DNA of 64,000 nt, taken from NCBI GenBank assembly GCA_900617105.1, contig UYFQ01000023.1, positions 682,001 through 746,000 on the forward strand. Reading direction: 5' to 3'. The stretch's first letter is position 1, and the number at the start of each line of letters is the position of its first letter. Under the pieces are notes generated by a model. That model did no database searches, was not told where the DNA came from, and saw only the letters and a program-made list of their open reading frames with translations. The translations under genes and the position numbers were made by a program. The DNA is from Hydrurus foetidus. Taxonomy: Eukaryota. Positions 11,343 through 21,561 of the stretch are shown one piece after another.

Positions 11343-13135
11343 CGCCTCCTGTGCCACTCACCCTAGACCGACTCAATGCAGCCTCCGCGACCGTTGCCGC
11401 CCAACTGCTGGACGGCCTGTACGAGCATTCCCCCTGGATAGCCCAAGCCGCCTTGTCAGCCCGCCCTTTCACCTCGCTGGCGCACCTCAAGCATGTGATG
11501 ACGCAAGTGCTGGAGGCCGCAGGACGTGACAAACAAATCGCGCTGATCCGCGCCCACCCCGAGCTGGCCGGTAAAGCGATGGTGGCGAACACGCTGACCA
11601 CAGAATCCACCCACGAGCAAAGCCAAGCGGGCCTCACGCAGTGCACCCCTGTGGAGCTGGCACATATCCAGGCTCTGAACACCGCTTATGGCGAAAAATT
11701 CGGATTCCCCTTTGTATTGGCCGTGCGTGGCCCACGCGGCACAGGTCTGCGCAAACAGCAGATCATCGCCACCTTCGAGCGTCGCCTGGGCCACCACCCG
11801 GACTTCGAACTGAAGGAATGCCTGCGCAACATCCACCGCATCGTCGAAATTCGTCTGAACGATAAATTCGGCGTATCGCCCGATCTGGGCCATGCCGTGT
11901 GGGATTGGCAAGAGCGCTTGGCGCAGTACAGTGACCCTGGCTATGCCGAAAAAGGGCAACTCACCGTCACCTACCTGACCGATGCCCACCGCGCCTGCGC
12001 GCTAATGCTGCAGCGCGAAATGCTGAAATGCGGCTTTGACCATGTGCATACCGACGCGGTAGGCAACGTGGTGGGGCGCTACGACGCAGACACGGCCCAA
12101 TACCCCAACGCCAAAACGCTCTTGACAGGATCCCATTACGACACCGTACGCAACGGCGGCAAGTACGACGGGCGCTTAGGTATCTTCGTGCCGATGGCCT
12201 GCGTGCGCGAACTGCATCAAGCGGGCAGACGCTTGCCCTTCCACTTCGAGGTGATTGGGTTTGCCGAAGAAGAAGGCCAACGCTACAAAGCCACTTTCCT
12301 CGGATCTGGTGCCCTGGTGGGCGACTTCAAACCCGAGTGGTTGGATCAAAAAGACGCCGATGGCATCCCCATGCGCGAAGCGATGGCCCACGCCGGACTG
12401 TGCCTGGACGACATCCCCGCCCTGCGCCGCACCGCTGCTGACTACCTGGGCTTTATCGAAGTCCATATCGAGCAAGGCCCGGTACTCAACGAGCTGGACA
12501 TCCCACTCGGTATCGTCACCTCGATCAACGGCGGCGTGCGCTACCAGGGCACCGTCACCGGTGTGTCCTGCCATGCCGGCACCACGCCCATGAACCGCCG
12601 CCGCGATGCCGCGACCGCCGTTGCCGAACTGGCCCTGTACGTCGAGCACCGTGCCAGCCTTGACGGTGACTCGGTAGGCACCATCGGCTTATTGAACGTG
12701 CCCAATGGCTCCATCAACGTCGTACCCGGCCAGTGCCATTTCAGCCTGGATTTACGTGCCCCTACCGATGCACAGCGCGATGCCTTGGTGGCCGATGTGC
12801 TGGCACAACTCACCGCTATCAGCGTTCGCCGTGGTGTCACCGTGGCCCTGGAAGAAACCATGCGTGCCGCTGCGGCACCCAGTGCCCCCGCATGGCAACA
12901 ACGCTGGGAACGCGCTGTGGGCGAATTGGGTGTGCCCCTGTTCCGTATGCCCAGCGGTGCAGGCCACGATGCGATGAAACTGCACACCGTCATGCCCCAG
13001 GCCATGCTGTTTGTGCGCGGCGAAAACGCCGGCATCAGCCACAACCCGCTGGAATCCACCACCAGCGACGACATGCAATTGGCCATTGAAGCCACCACTT
13101 TATTGATCAACCAACTTACGGATGAACTGACATGA
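11339..13135 (+). CDS. uraD: OHCU decarboxylase fused to an allantoate amidohydrolase (M20)
   Basis: N-terminal YEHSPWIA, AHPELAG, Y..KFGFPF; C-terminal GSHYDTV, DGRLG, EEEG, EVHIEQG, SGAGHD; ATG overlaps the puuE stop. Confidence 0.9.
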   Translation: MTPPVPLTLDRLNAASATVAAQLLDGLYEHSPWIAQAALSARPFTSLAHLKHVMTQVLEAAGRDKQIALIRAHPELAGKAMVANTLTTESTHEQSQAGLTQCTPVELAHIQALNTAYGEKFGFPFVLAVRGPRGTGLRKQQIIATFERRLGHHPDFELKECLRNIHRIVEIRLNDKFGVSPDLGHAVWDWQERLAQYSDPGYAEKGQLTVTYLTDAHRACALMLQREMLKCGFDHVHTDAVGNVVGRYDADTAQYPNAKTLLTGSHYDTVRNGGKYDGRLGIFVPMACVRELHQAGRRLPFHFEVIGFAEEEGQRYKATFLGSGALVGDFKPEWLDQKDADGIPMREAMAHAGLCLDDIPALRRTAADYLGFIEVHIEQGPVLNELDIPLGIVTSINGGVRYQGTVTGVSCHAGTTPMNRRRDAATAVAELALYVEHRASLDGDSVGTIGLLNVPNGSINVVPGQCHFSLDLRAPTDAQRDALVADVLAQLTAISVRRGVTVALEETMRAAAAPSAPAWQQRWERAVGELGVPLFRMPSGAGHDAMKLHTVMPQAMLFVRGENAGISHNPLESTTSDDMQLAIEATTLLINQLTDELT

Positions 13136-14394
13136 CTGCCAATATCCCTCAACACGCTGACCACTTTGCAAAAACCGACGCGTGGATTGATGCCCACTTT
13201 GATGAACAAATCCGTTTCTTACAAGCGCTGGTTCGTGTCCCCACAGATACACCACCGGGCAACAACGCGCCGCACGCCGACCGATTGGCCGAGCTGCTCA
13301 AGCCCATGGGCTTTGATGCAGAGAAGTTCCCCATTCCTGCCGATGAAGTCAAAGCCTACGGTTTGGAGTCTCTGACCAATCTGATCGTGCGCCGACAATA
13401 TGGCTCAGGTAAGACCATCGCTTTAAATGCCCACGGCGATGTTGTTCCCCCTGGCGAAGGCTGGACCAAAGACCCCTACGGTGCAGAAATAGAAGACGGC
13501 AAGATGTATGGCCGCGCCACAGCGGTCAGCAAATGCGACATGTCCACCTTTACCTTCGCGGTGCGGGCACTGGAGTCACTGAGCTTGCCGCTCAACGGCA
13601 ATGTGGAACTGCACTTCACCTACGACGAAGAATATGGCGGCGAAAAAGGCCCAGGTTGGCTGCTGGAAAACGGGCATACAAAACCCGACCTGATGATCGC
13701 AGCAGGCTTTAGCTACCAGATCGTCACAGCCCACAACGGTTGCCTGCAAATGGAAGTCACCGTGCACGGCAAATCAGGTCACGCTGCCGTGCCCGACACC
13801 GGCGTTGATGCATTGCAGGCTGCCGTGCAAATCATGAATGCCCTGTATGCGCAAAACACGCTGTACAAATCGATGTTGTCCGACGTTAAGGGCATTACCC
13901 ACCCTTACCTCAATATCGGGCAAATTGTGGGCGGCACCAACACCAATGTGATTCCAGGACGGGTCAGCTTCAAACTGGACCGCCGCATGATCCCCGAAGA
14001 AAACCCGAACGAAGTAGAGGCCAACATTCGCAGCGTTATCGCCGCTGCCGCTACCGCCTTCTCTGCCCAATCCGGCAAACCAGTTCAGGTCGAAGTGCAC
14101 CGTCTGTTGATGTGCCACGCCATGAAACCCCTGCCCGGCAACAAACCCCTGGTAGACGCACTGTGCAAGCACGGCACCGAAGTGTTCGGCGAGTCCATCC
14201 CCGCCTTGGGCACCCCGCTCTACACCGATGTACGCCTTTATGTCGAAAAAGGTATTCCTGGCGTGATCTATGGCGCAGGCCCCCGCACCGTGGCCGAGTC
14301 TTACGCCAAGCGCGCCGATGAGCGACTGGATTTGGAAGACCTGCGGCGGGCGACGAAGGTGATTGCGCGCACGTTGCTGGAGTTGTTGCGCTAG
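13132..14394 (+). CDS. M20 family metallo-amidohydrolase (ArgE/DapE-like)
   Basis: LNAHGDVVP, YGRA, DEEYGG, GKSGHA; translationally coupled to the upstream gene. Confidence 0.85.
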   Translation: MTANIPQHADHFAKTDAWIDAHFDEQIRFLQALVRVPTDTPPGNNAPHADRLAELLKPMGFDAEKFPIPADEVKAYGLESLTNLIVRRQYGSGKTIALNAHGDVVPPGEGWTKDPYGAEIEDGKMYGRATAVSKCDMSTFTFAVRALESLSLPLNGNVELHFTYDEEYGGEKGPGWLLENGHTKPDLMIAAGFSYQIVTAHNGCLQMEVTVHGKSGHAAVPDTGVDALQAAVQIMNALYAQNTLYKSMLSDVKGITHPYLNIGQIVGGTNTNVIPGRVSFKLDRRMIPEENPNEVEANIRSVIAAAATAFSAQSGKPVQVEVHRLLMCHAMKPLPGNKPLVDALCKHGTEVFGESIPALGTPLYTDVRLYVEKGIPGVIYGAGPRTVAESYAKRADERLDLEDLRRATKVIARTLLELLR

Positions 14395-14433
14395 CACTCA
14401 CAGGCTTTGACAGGGGTATGGTAGGGTCAGCCC

Positions 14434-15141
14434 ATGAAAACACAAATTGATCACTTAGTAGTCGTCGCGCAAACACTGGAACTGGGCGTGCAGTGGTGCG
14501 AAGCCACTTTGGGCGTCACGCCCGGCCCTGGTGGGGAACATGCCTTGTATGGCACGCACAACCGCTTGTTCAAAATCGCCACCCCTGCCAACCCACTGGC
14601 TTATCTGGAAATAATCGCTATTAATTCAGGAGCTACCCGTGCCCCCACAGCGCCTGCTAAGCGCTGGTTTGACATGGACGATGAAGCGCTACAGGCAGCG
14701 GTGGCTACCGAGCCGCGTTTGGTGCATTTCGTGGCCAACACCAGCGACATCCAAGCGGCAAGTGCGGCTTTGAGCGCACTGGACATCGACCGTGGCCCTG
14801 CCGTCACGGCCAACCGCCACTCGCGCAAAGGTTTGCTGCAATGGCAAATCACAGTGCGCGAGGACGGCCAGCGGCTGTTTGATGGTGCACTGCCTACCTT
14901 GATCCAGTGGGGCAAGCCGGATGCCGCTGAGCCGTTGCGCCTGCATCCCAGAAACAGCTTGCCGCGCTCCGGCGTTTCGCTGCAAGGCATCACCGTCACG
15001 CACCCCAGAGCGGATTTGCTGCAAAAGGCTTATGCGGCCATCGGTCTCACTGGCATCACCGTGGAAACAGGCCCGGCCAACATCACCGCCACCTTGAACA
15101 CGCGCCAAGGCGTGATGACGCTGAACAGCCACGGGGTTTAA
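14434..15141 (+). CDS. VOC / glyoxalase-like family protein
   Basis: IDHLVV, GGEH...GTHNRL, YLEIIA, PTLIQW. Confidence 0.8.
   Translation: MKTQIDHLVVVAQTLELGVQWCEATLGVTPGPGGEHALYGTHNRLFKIATPANPLAYLEIIAINSGATRAPTAPAKRWFDMDDEALQAAVATEPRLVHFVANTSDIQAASAALSALDIDRGPAVTANRHSRKGLLQWQITVREDGQRLFDGALPTLIQWGKPDAAEPLRLHPRNSLPRSGVSLQGITVTHPRADLLQKAYAAIGLTGITVETGPANITATLNTRQGVMTLNSHGV
14617..14670 (+). repeat. Dispersed fixed-spacing motif, copy inside the VOC gene
   Basis: gctattaattcaggagc-tacccgt-gc-ccccacagcgcct-gcta-agcgctggttt. Confidence 0.65.
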
Positions 15142-15150
15142 ACCTAGCCG

Positions 15151-15285
15151 CGAACCAACGTGGTGCGCTTTCGCGCAAAAACCACGACAACGGCGGGTTT
15201 ACCCCGTCAGACCCGCCTCCTGATTTGCACCAAAATCTACCAAAGTGTATACAAAACTTGTGCGCAGTTTGGCACGCAATGTGCA
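15151..15285 (+). promoter_or_regulatory. Sigma54 promoter with NtrC-like and GntR-like sites upstream of the NCS2 permease
   Basis: TGGCAC-GCAAT-GTGCA at 15270-15285 (GG-N10-GC); CGAACCA-acg-TGGTGCG at 15151-15167 resembles TGCACCA-N3-TGGTGCA; TGTATACA box at 15242-15256. Confidence 0.65.
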
Positions 15286-15375
15286 TACTGTTTTGCAACT
15301 TTTGCCATTCGTACCCATTGTGGTTGTGATTTGTGATGCATGGCTGTAGTGCAGCCTTTTTTCAGGAGTTCCTTG

Positions 15376-16899
15376 ATGACTACCGTTCACCTCGTTGACG
15401 AGCGCTTGCCCACGGGCAAACTCGCCGCATTAGGCTTGCAGCATGTGATGGTGATGTACGCGGGCGCAGTTGCTGTCCCGCTGATCGTTGGCCGCGCGCT
15501 CAAGCTTTCACCCGAGCAAGTTGCCATGCTGATTTCAGCCGACTTGTTTTGCTGCGGTATCGTGACCTTGATCCAGTCGCTGGGTGCCACCCAGTGGTTT
15601 GGTATTCGCCTGCCAGTGATGATGGGCGTGACCTTTGCATCCGTGGCACCCATGGTCGCCATGGCCAATAAAACGCCTGGAACAGAAGGGGCACAGCTCA
15701 TCTTTGGTGCCATCATTGGGGCGGGCCTTATTTCTATACTGATCGCGCCTTTGGTCAGCCGAATGCTTAAGTACTTCCCTCCGGTTGTCACAGGCACCAT
15801 CATTGCGGTGATTGGCATCAGCCTGATGCGCATTGGTATCAACTGGATTTTTGGCAACCCGTTTGGCCCAACCGCGCCTTCGATCGTCAATCCAGACCAC
15901 GCCAAATGGCTGAGTGAAGTGGGCAGCATGGCCAACGCAGCCGTCACGCCAGCCGCAGGTGCCAGCGCACCACTCGCCAATGTGGTTCCCGCCATCCCCA
16001 AAGGCATGGCCATTGTGGGCTCTGTCCCCAACCCCAAGTACGCGCCTTTGACCGGTGTGTTTGTGTCCTTTGTCGTGCTGACATCCATCTTGCTGATTGC
16101 CAAATTCGCCAAAGGCTTTATCGCCAACATTTCGGTGTTGCTGGGCATTTTGATCGGCGGAGCCGTTGCCTACTCCCTGGGCATGATGAACTTCGACAAA
16201 GTGGGCAAAGCCGCTTGGTTTGATTTCGTTGAACCATTGCAATTTGGCATGCCCATATTTGACCCGATCCTGATTTTGACCATGACGCTGGTCATGATTG
16301 TGGTGATGATCGAATCCACGGGTATGTTCCTGGCGCTGGGCGACATCACCGGCAAAAAATTGGACCAACCCGACTTGGCACGCGGTCTGCGTACCGATGG
16401 CCTGGGCACCTTGATTGGCGGCATTTTCAACACCTTCCCCTACACCAGCTTCTCTCAAAATGTAGGCTTGGTGGGTGTGACCGGTGTACGCAGTCGCTTT
16501 GTTTGCGTCGCTGGCGGCATCATCATGGTCGTGCTGGGCTTGATCCCCAAAATGGCGGCCATGGTTGAGTCGCTCCCCACCGTCGTTTTGGGTGGTGCGG
16601 GTGTTGTGATGTTCGGTATGGTGGCTGCTACCGGCATCCGCATCCTGGGCACTGTTGATTTCAAGAACAACAAGAACAACGCCTTTATTGTGGCCGTATC
16701 CATTGGCACCGGCATGATCCCCTTGCTTGCACCCAACTTCAAACAGTGGATGTGGCATGAGCTCCACCCCCTCATTGAGTCGGGCATCATGCTTGCATCC
16801 ATTGCTGCTGTGGCGCTGAACCTGTTTTTCAACGGTGCCAAGGGTGGCTCGACCGAAGAGACCATCGCTGCTGCAAAACAGGCAGACGGCGGCCACTGA
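15376..16899 (+). CDS. Nucleobase:cation symporter-2 (xanthine/urate permease)
   Basis: GLQHVMVMY, MIESTG, NAT signature FSQNVGLVGVTG; RBS aggag upstream. Confidence 0.92.
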   Translation: MTTVHLVDERLPTGKLAALGLQHVMVMYAGAVAVPLIVGRALKLSPEQVAMLISADLFCCGIVTLIQSLGATQWFGIRLPVMMGVTFASVAPMVAMANKTPGTEGAQLIFGAIIGAGLISILIAPLVSRMLKYFPPVVTGTIIAVIGISLMRIGINWIFGNPFGPTAPSIVNPDHAKWLSEVGSMANAAVTPAAGASAPLANVVPAIPKGMAIVGSVPNPKYAPLTGVFVSFVVLTSILLIAKFAKGFIANISVLLGILIGGAVAYSLGMMNFDKVGKAAWFDFVEPLQFGMPIFDPILILTMTLVMIVVMIESTGMFLALGDITGKKLDQPDLARGLRTDGLGTLIGGIFNTFPYTSFSQNVGLVGVTGVRSRFVCVAGGIIMVVLGLIPKMAAMVESLPTVVLGGAGVVMFGMVAATGIRILGTVDFKNNKNNAFIVAVSIGTGMIPLLAPNFKQWMWHELHPLIESGIMLASIAAVALNLFFNGAKGGSTEETIAAAKQADGGH

Positions 16900-16941
16900 A
16901 ACATGGCGCAAAGCAACGCGCTGCATTGACCCATGCACATC

Positions 16942-16980
16942 AGGCATCGATTGCGTAAAACTACGCAACCGATGCCTTTT
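16942..16980 (+). terminator. Stem-loop terminator after the permease
   Basis: aggcatcgattgcgta-aaac-tacgcaaccgatgcct followed by Ts. Confidence 0.65.
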
Positions 16981-17032
16981 GCTTTTGAGATAGCCTCACA
17001 TCATTCAATAAACACTACGCCACGGAGACCCC

Positions 17033-19333
17033 ATGATTCCTCAACTTTCCCCCGCTGAACTGGCCTTGCGCGATGCCGCACGCGAATACCACCGCAGCCC
17101 CACACGCGGCAAAATTTCAGTCACCCCCACCAAGCCCCTCTCTAACCAACGCGATCTGTCGCTGGCTTACTCCCCTGGCGTGGCTTACCCCTGTTTGGAC
17201 ATCGAAGCTGACCCCAGCTTGGCGTTTGATTACACCTCGCGAGGCAACCTCGTCGGCGTGATCACCAACGGCACAGCGGTGTTGGGCCTGGGCAATATCG
17301 GCCCGCTGGCCTCCAAGCCGGTGATGGAGGGCAAAGGCTGTTTGTTCAAGAAATTCGCCGGTATCGACGTGTTCGACATTGAACTCGCCGAGAACGACCC
17401 TGACAAGCTGGTAGACATCATCGCCGCGCTGGAACCCACGCTGGGCGGCATCAACTTGGAAGACATCAAAGCGCCCGAGTGCTTCTACATCGAGCAAAAG
17501 CTGCGCGAGCGCCTCAGCATCCCCGTGTTTCATGACGACCAGCACGGCACGGCGATCATCTCGTCTGCGGCGCTCATCAACGGCCTGGAACTCGTGGGCA
17601 AAAAGATTGAAGACGTGAAAGTGGCCGTCTCCGGCGCAGGTGCAGCCGCACTCGCTTGCCTGGATTTGATGGTCGGCCTGGGTGTGAAGCGCAGCAATGT
17701 GTTCGCCTGCGACTCCAAAGGTGTGATTTACGAGGGCCGCCCCGGTGGTTTTGACGAATCCAAAGCCCGCTTCGCGCAAAACACCGAGGCCCGCACGCTG
17801 GCCGATGCCGTCAACGGTGCCGACGTGTTCCTGGGTTGCTCAGCCGCCGGTGTGCTGACGCAAGACATGGTGCGCACGATGGCGAACCGCCCCATCATCT
17901 TGGCGCTGGCCAACCCTGAGCCTGAAATCCGCCCTGAGCTGGCCCGCGAAGCCCGCCCGGACTGCATCATCGCCACAGGCCGCTCGGACTACCCGAACCA
18001 GGTCAACAACGTGCTGTGCTTCCCCTACATCTTCCGGGGTGCGCTCGATTGCGGTGCCAGCAAGATCAACGAAGCCATGAAGCTGGCTTGCGTGCATGAG
18101 ATCGCCGCCCTCGCCAAGGCCGACATCAGCGAAGAAGTGGCCAGCGCTTACGCCGGCAAAGAACTCTCGTTCGGGCAGGACTACATCATCCCCACGCCGT
18201 TCGATTCACGCCTGATTTTGCGCATCGCCCCGGCAGTTGCCAAAGCCGCGCAAGAGTCCGGTGTGGCGACCCGCCCCATCGCCGATTTGGAAGCCTACCG
18301 CCAGCACCTGACGCGCTTTGTCTACCAAACCGGCATGATCATGCGCCCCGTGTTTGAGACCGCCAAAGCCGCCACCGCCAAGCGCGTGGCCTACGCCGAA
18401 GGCGAAGACGACCGCGTTTTGCGTGCCGTGCAGCTGGTGGTGGACGACAAACTCGCCCACCCGATTTTGATTGGCCGCCCTGCGGTGATCGAAGCCCGCA
18501 TCGCCAAAGCGGGCCTGCGCATCAAGCTAGGCGTGGAAGTGGAATGCGTCAACCCCGAAGACGACCCACGCTTTCGCCAGTACTGGGAAACCTACCACCG
18601 CATCATGGGCCGCGATGGCGTGACCCAAGAAACCGCCAAATCCATGGTGCGCCGCTCCAACACGCTGATTGGCAGTTTGATGCTGCATTTGGGCGATGCC
18701 GATGCGCTGCTGTGCGGCTTGGTCGGTCAGTTTGACGCGCACTTGAAGCATGTGCAAGACGTGGTGGGCCGGGCCAAGGGCTCTACCGGCCTAGCCACCT
18801 TGAACGCCATCTTGACTGAAAAGCAAACCCTGTTCATTGCCGACACCTATGTCAACGAAAGCCCCGACGCTGAGCTGCTCGCCAACATCGCCGTGATGGC
18901 CGCTGACGAAGTGCGCCGCTTTGGCTTGCCACCCAAAGTCGCGTTCTTGTCGCACTCCAACTACGGCTCAAGCAGCCGCGCCAGCGCCAAAAAAATGCGC
19001 TTGGCCCGCGACCTGTTCGCCCGCATGGCACCCGATGTGGAATGCGACGGCGAGCTGCAAGGTGATGCGGCCTTGTCGGAAGACATCCGCACCGCCAGCC
19101 TGTCGGACAGCACCCTGACGGGTGAAGCCAACATCCTGATTTGCCCGAATTTGGACAGTGCCAACATCCTTTTCAATGTGCTCAAAATCACCGACGGCCA
19201 CGGCGTGACGATTGGGCCCATTTTGCTGGGTGCCGCCGCATCCGCACACATCTTGACCCCCTCGGCCACCGTGCGCCGCGTGGTGAACATGACGGCACTG
19301 GCGGTAGCTGACGCAGCGGCTAAACGGAAGTAA
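17033..19333 (+). CDS. maeB: NADP-dependent malic enzyme with a PTA-like C-terminal domain
   Basis: [45 protein letters not shown]; 766 aa with C-terminal DGELQGD. Confidence 0.95.
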   Translation: MIPQLSPAELALRDAAREYHRSPTRGKISVTPTKPLSNQRDLSLAYSPGVAYPCLDIEADPSLAFDYTSRGNLVGVITNGTAVLGLGNIGPLASKPVMEGKGCLFKKFAGIDVFDIELAENDPDKLVDIIAALEPTLGGINLEDIKAPECFYIEQKLRERLSIPVFHDDQHGTAIISSAALINGLELVGKKIEDVKVAVSGAGAAALACLDLMVGLGVKRSNVFACDSKGVIYEGRPGGFDESKARFAQNTEARTLADAVNGADVFLGCSAAGVLTQDMVRTMANRPIILALANPEPEIRPELAREARPDCIIATGRSDYPNQVNNVLCFPYIFRGALDCGASKINEAMKLACVHEIAALAKADISEEVASAYAGKELSFGQDYIIPTPFDSRLILRIAPAVAKAAQESGVATRPIADLEAYRQHLTRFVYQTGMIMRPVFETAKAATAKRVAYAEGEDDRVLRAVQLVVDDKLAHPILIGRPAVIEARIAKAGLRIKLGVEVECVNPEDDPRFRQYWETYHRIMGRDGVTQETAKSMVRRSNTLIGSLMLHLGDADALLCGLVGQFDAHLKHVQDVVGRAKGSTGLATLNAILTEKQTLFIADTYVNESPDAELLANIAVMAADEVRRFGLPPKVAFLSHSNYGSSSRASAKKMRLARDLFARMAPDVECDGELQGDAALSEDIRTASLSDSTLTGEANILICPNLDSANILFNVLKITDGHGVTIGPILLGAAASAHILTPSATVRRVVNMTALAVADAAAKRK

Positions 19334-19355
19334 TTTGGCAAGCCATTGCTGAACA

Positions 19356-19409
19356 AATTAAGCTGCCTGCGCTTACCCTGTAAGCATAGGCAGCTATTTT
19401 TTCAATAGC
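19356..19409 (-). repeat. Dispersed fixed-spacing motif between convergent genes
   Basis: Reverse complement: gctattgaaaaaatagc-tgcctat-gc-ttacagggtaagc-gcag-gcagcttaatt. Confidence 0.7.
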
Positions 19410-20005
19410 AAATTCGCAGCCACATGCGGCTGCACCACCCGCAGCACAAACGCCCGGTCTAGCCACAGCCACAGCACCATCGGCACCAGCGTGGGCACCA
19501 CCAACGCCCCCAGCTGGTAGCCTAAGCCAATCGCCTCCATCTGCCACTGCGCGATACCCAAAGCGCGTGCGCCGCCCGGCATGGCTTGCGTTATTTGCTT
19601 GAGCAAATCCAAACTCAAACTGAACGACTGGAACGGCAACAGCAGCGCATACCCACCCAGCGCTTTGGCCCAGCAGCCCCATCCCCCAGCTGCCAACAAC
19701 AGCGCCCACAAAATCGGCAAGCCATAGGCGTAATGCACAGGGTCAGCATCCACCAGAATCTCACCCACGCCTCCTCGCACCGGCACGGCCAGCTGCGTCT
19801 GCACCTCAATCAGGCGCGGCTGAGTGCGCACCGACACCACCCAATCGGAGGTCTTCAAGACCCACTGCGCAAGCGCCGCCACCGGGGCCGATGTCCAAGG
19901 TGAAACCTGCGTCCACAGCCCCGTCAGCAACACCAACAGCAGCACGGTGCGGCCCAAAAAAGCTGGCAAGGTTTGGGGCAATGAGAGCCATTTCATTTGC
20001 AGCAT
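19394..20005 (-). CDS. Exosortase H-associated membrane protein
   Basis: Hydrophobic ORF directly downstream of xrtH (YAYGLPILWALLLA; YQLGALVVP); start uncertain (19996 or 20005). Confidence 0.7.
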   Translation of the reverse strand: MLQMKWLSLPQTLPAFLGRTVLLLVLLTGLWTQVSPWTSAPVAALAQWVLKTSDWVVSVRTQPRLIEVQTQLAVPVRGGVGEILVDADPVHYAYGLPILWALLLAAGGWGCWAKALGGYALLLPFQSFSLSLDLLKQITQAMPGGARALGIAQWQMEAIGLGYQLGALVVPTLVPMVLWLWLDRAFVLRVVQPHVAANLLLKK

Positions 20006-20010
20006 TCTCT

Positions 20011-20523
20011 TCAGACTGGCACGCTGGCAGGGTCTTCTTGCGCCGCTTTCGGCACCGCTGCCCGCACCCAAATCAACCACACCGCCAGCACATCCAACAT
20101 GATGAGCGCCTGCCACAGGTAGCTGTGCGCAAAGTTGAACACCGCCATGTTCCACTGCCCGATGTAAAACAAACTGATGACGCGCAACACATTCAACGCT
20201 TGAATCGCCACAAAACCCGCCCCAAGCCCCAGCAACTTGTGCCGCCACCCCGCAGGGAACGCCAGCACCGCTGCGCACAACACCACAAACGCCTCCACCC
20301 CGTTGCAGCCCGGCTCAATCGACACCCCAAAACCCGTGGCCGGATTCCAAAGCACCTTGCCCTGCGCCATCGCCGCACCATCGAACACCCCCACCAACGC
20401 CACGCAGGCGCGGGCGAGCAAGGCCGTCCAAGGCAGCACCACATGGGTTTGCACCGGGTGCAGCAGCTCCAGGCCGAACAAGAGCAACAGCACCGTTATA
20501 AAAATGAGTAAAAACCGGATCAT
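20011..20523 (-). CDS. xrtH: Exosortase H (IPTL-CTERM specific)
   Basis: Short membrane protein with the Cys-Arg-His triad (IEPGCNGVE, LNVLRVISL, FAHSYLWQ); adjacent VPTLSEW sorting signal. Confidence 0.88.
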   Translation of the reverse strand: MIRFLLIFITVLLLLFGLELLHPVQTHVVLPWTALLARACVALVGVFDGAAMAQGKVLWNPATGFGVSIEPGCNGVEAFVVLCAAVLAFPAGWRHKLLGLGAGFVAIQALNVLRVISLFYIGQWNMAVFNFAHSYLWQALIMLDVLAVWLIWVRAAVPKAAQEDPASVPV

Positions 20524-20621
20524 CACGCCTTCCCTTGAGAACACAACTTTGCCAAAAGTTTTGCACTTCACCCCATGCCCACCATGAACACGTGATGTGA
20601 ATTGAAGCCGCGATGATGCCA

Positions 20622-20866
20622 GCAGTTTTGGGGGTCGGATCCCAATATGACCGCGAAGCGCCCGAAGGGATGCCCAAAGGGCAGGTCATTTTGGCAAAAC
20701 CCCAAGTCCAGGGCTCTGACCCCCATAACTGCGGATTCACTGCGGGGCGCTTGAGACCTGCGCAGGGTGGCCCCGGTTTATGGGGGTCAGAGCCCAAAAT
20801 CCACCACCTTCGGTGTCCCTAACGGGTGCTTCGCATGGATATTGGGATCCGACCCCAAAAACCTGC
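20622..20866. repeat. Nested inverted-repeat element (REP/REPIN- or MITE-like)
   Basis: Outer imperfect IR of about 60 bp (20622-20680 / 20807-20866) and inner perfect 18 bp IR (20711-20728 / 20778-20795); four GGGGTCRGAKCCC units in alternating orientation. Confidence 0.85.
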
Positions 20867-20884
20867 ACCTTGCCCACATCAAAG

Positions 20885-21136
20885 TTATCGCCTCCGCCCC
20901 CGGCTGCTGCGCATCCCCAGCAGCAGCAAGCCCCACTCGCTCAGCGTGGGCACCCCTGTCACACCACCGGCAACAACCGGGCCAGCAGGCACGCCAGGGC
21001 CGCCGGGGTCGGCGATGAAACCTGCCCGTGCATCGCTGTCGCCCGCGCCGCCGTCGGTGATGCTGAACGTGATCTAGTTGCCGCTGATGGTGGCCGGAAA
21101 CACATACCAGTGCGCGGCGGCATTGCCGGGCTCAAG
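20885..21136 (-). pseudogene. 3' remnant of an IPTL-CTERM surface protein
   Basis: Manual translation LEPGNAAAHWYVFPATISGN*ITFSITDGGAGDSD...IADPGGP...GVPTLSEWGLLLLGMRSSRGRRR*; internal TAG at 21074-21076, shortened TM segment, no 5' part. Confidence 0.85.
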
Positions 21137-21545
21137 TGATCGTTCACTGGTGTGGCAGGGAATGCCGTGCTGTCGCGAGGGGCTGCGTGGCGACCGAGGG
21201 TGGGGTGGGATGAAAAAGCGGCGGCTCAAGGAGCGCCGAAAAGAAGGAACGAGAGAGCGTGAGGGTGTGGCGCGATCGGTTGAGTGCCGTAGACGAGCAA
21301 CCGTGCCAAGCGAAAGTTAAATGGCTTGGATGATGCGGTGAAATCAAGAGGCGATGGTTCAGTGAGATCACATTGTTTTGGTTTCATCCTACTTTACTTT
21401 TGGTGCATCGATTTGTGATCCATTTACATTCCTGAGTAACGCAGCTTGGATTGACTGGTTCACCTGCCCAAGGGTAAATCTTGTAGCCATCAGCCCCCCA
21501 AAAGCCACAAAATCTGGCACGCAAAGGGTGCGCCTTGGATACAGC

Positions 21546-21561
21546 AGGCACCGATATTGCT
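21546..21561 (+). promoter_or_regulatory. Putative sigma54 promoter of the ABC transporter
   Basis: AGGCAC-CGATA-TTGCT (GG-N10-GC) about 45 bp upstream of the ATG; TGGTGCA half-site at 21401-21407. Confidence 0.55.

Noticed and set aside
15535..16968. 477 aa antisense ORF
   Set aside because: Shadow of the NCS2 permease; no motifs; expected in GC-rich DNA.
20622..20866. CRISPR-like array
   Set aside because: Repeats are inverted, not direct; no regular spacers and no cas genes.
21514..21531. CTGGCACGCAAAGGGTGC as a sigma54 promoter
   Set aside because: GG to GC spacing is 12 rather than 10; the site at 21546-21561 fits.
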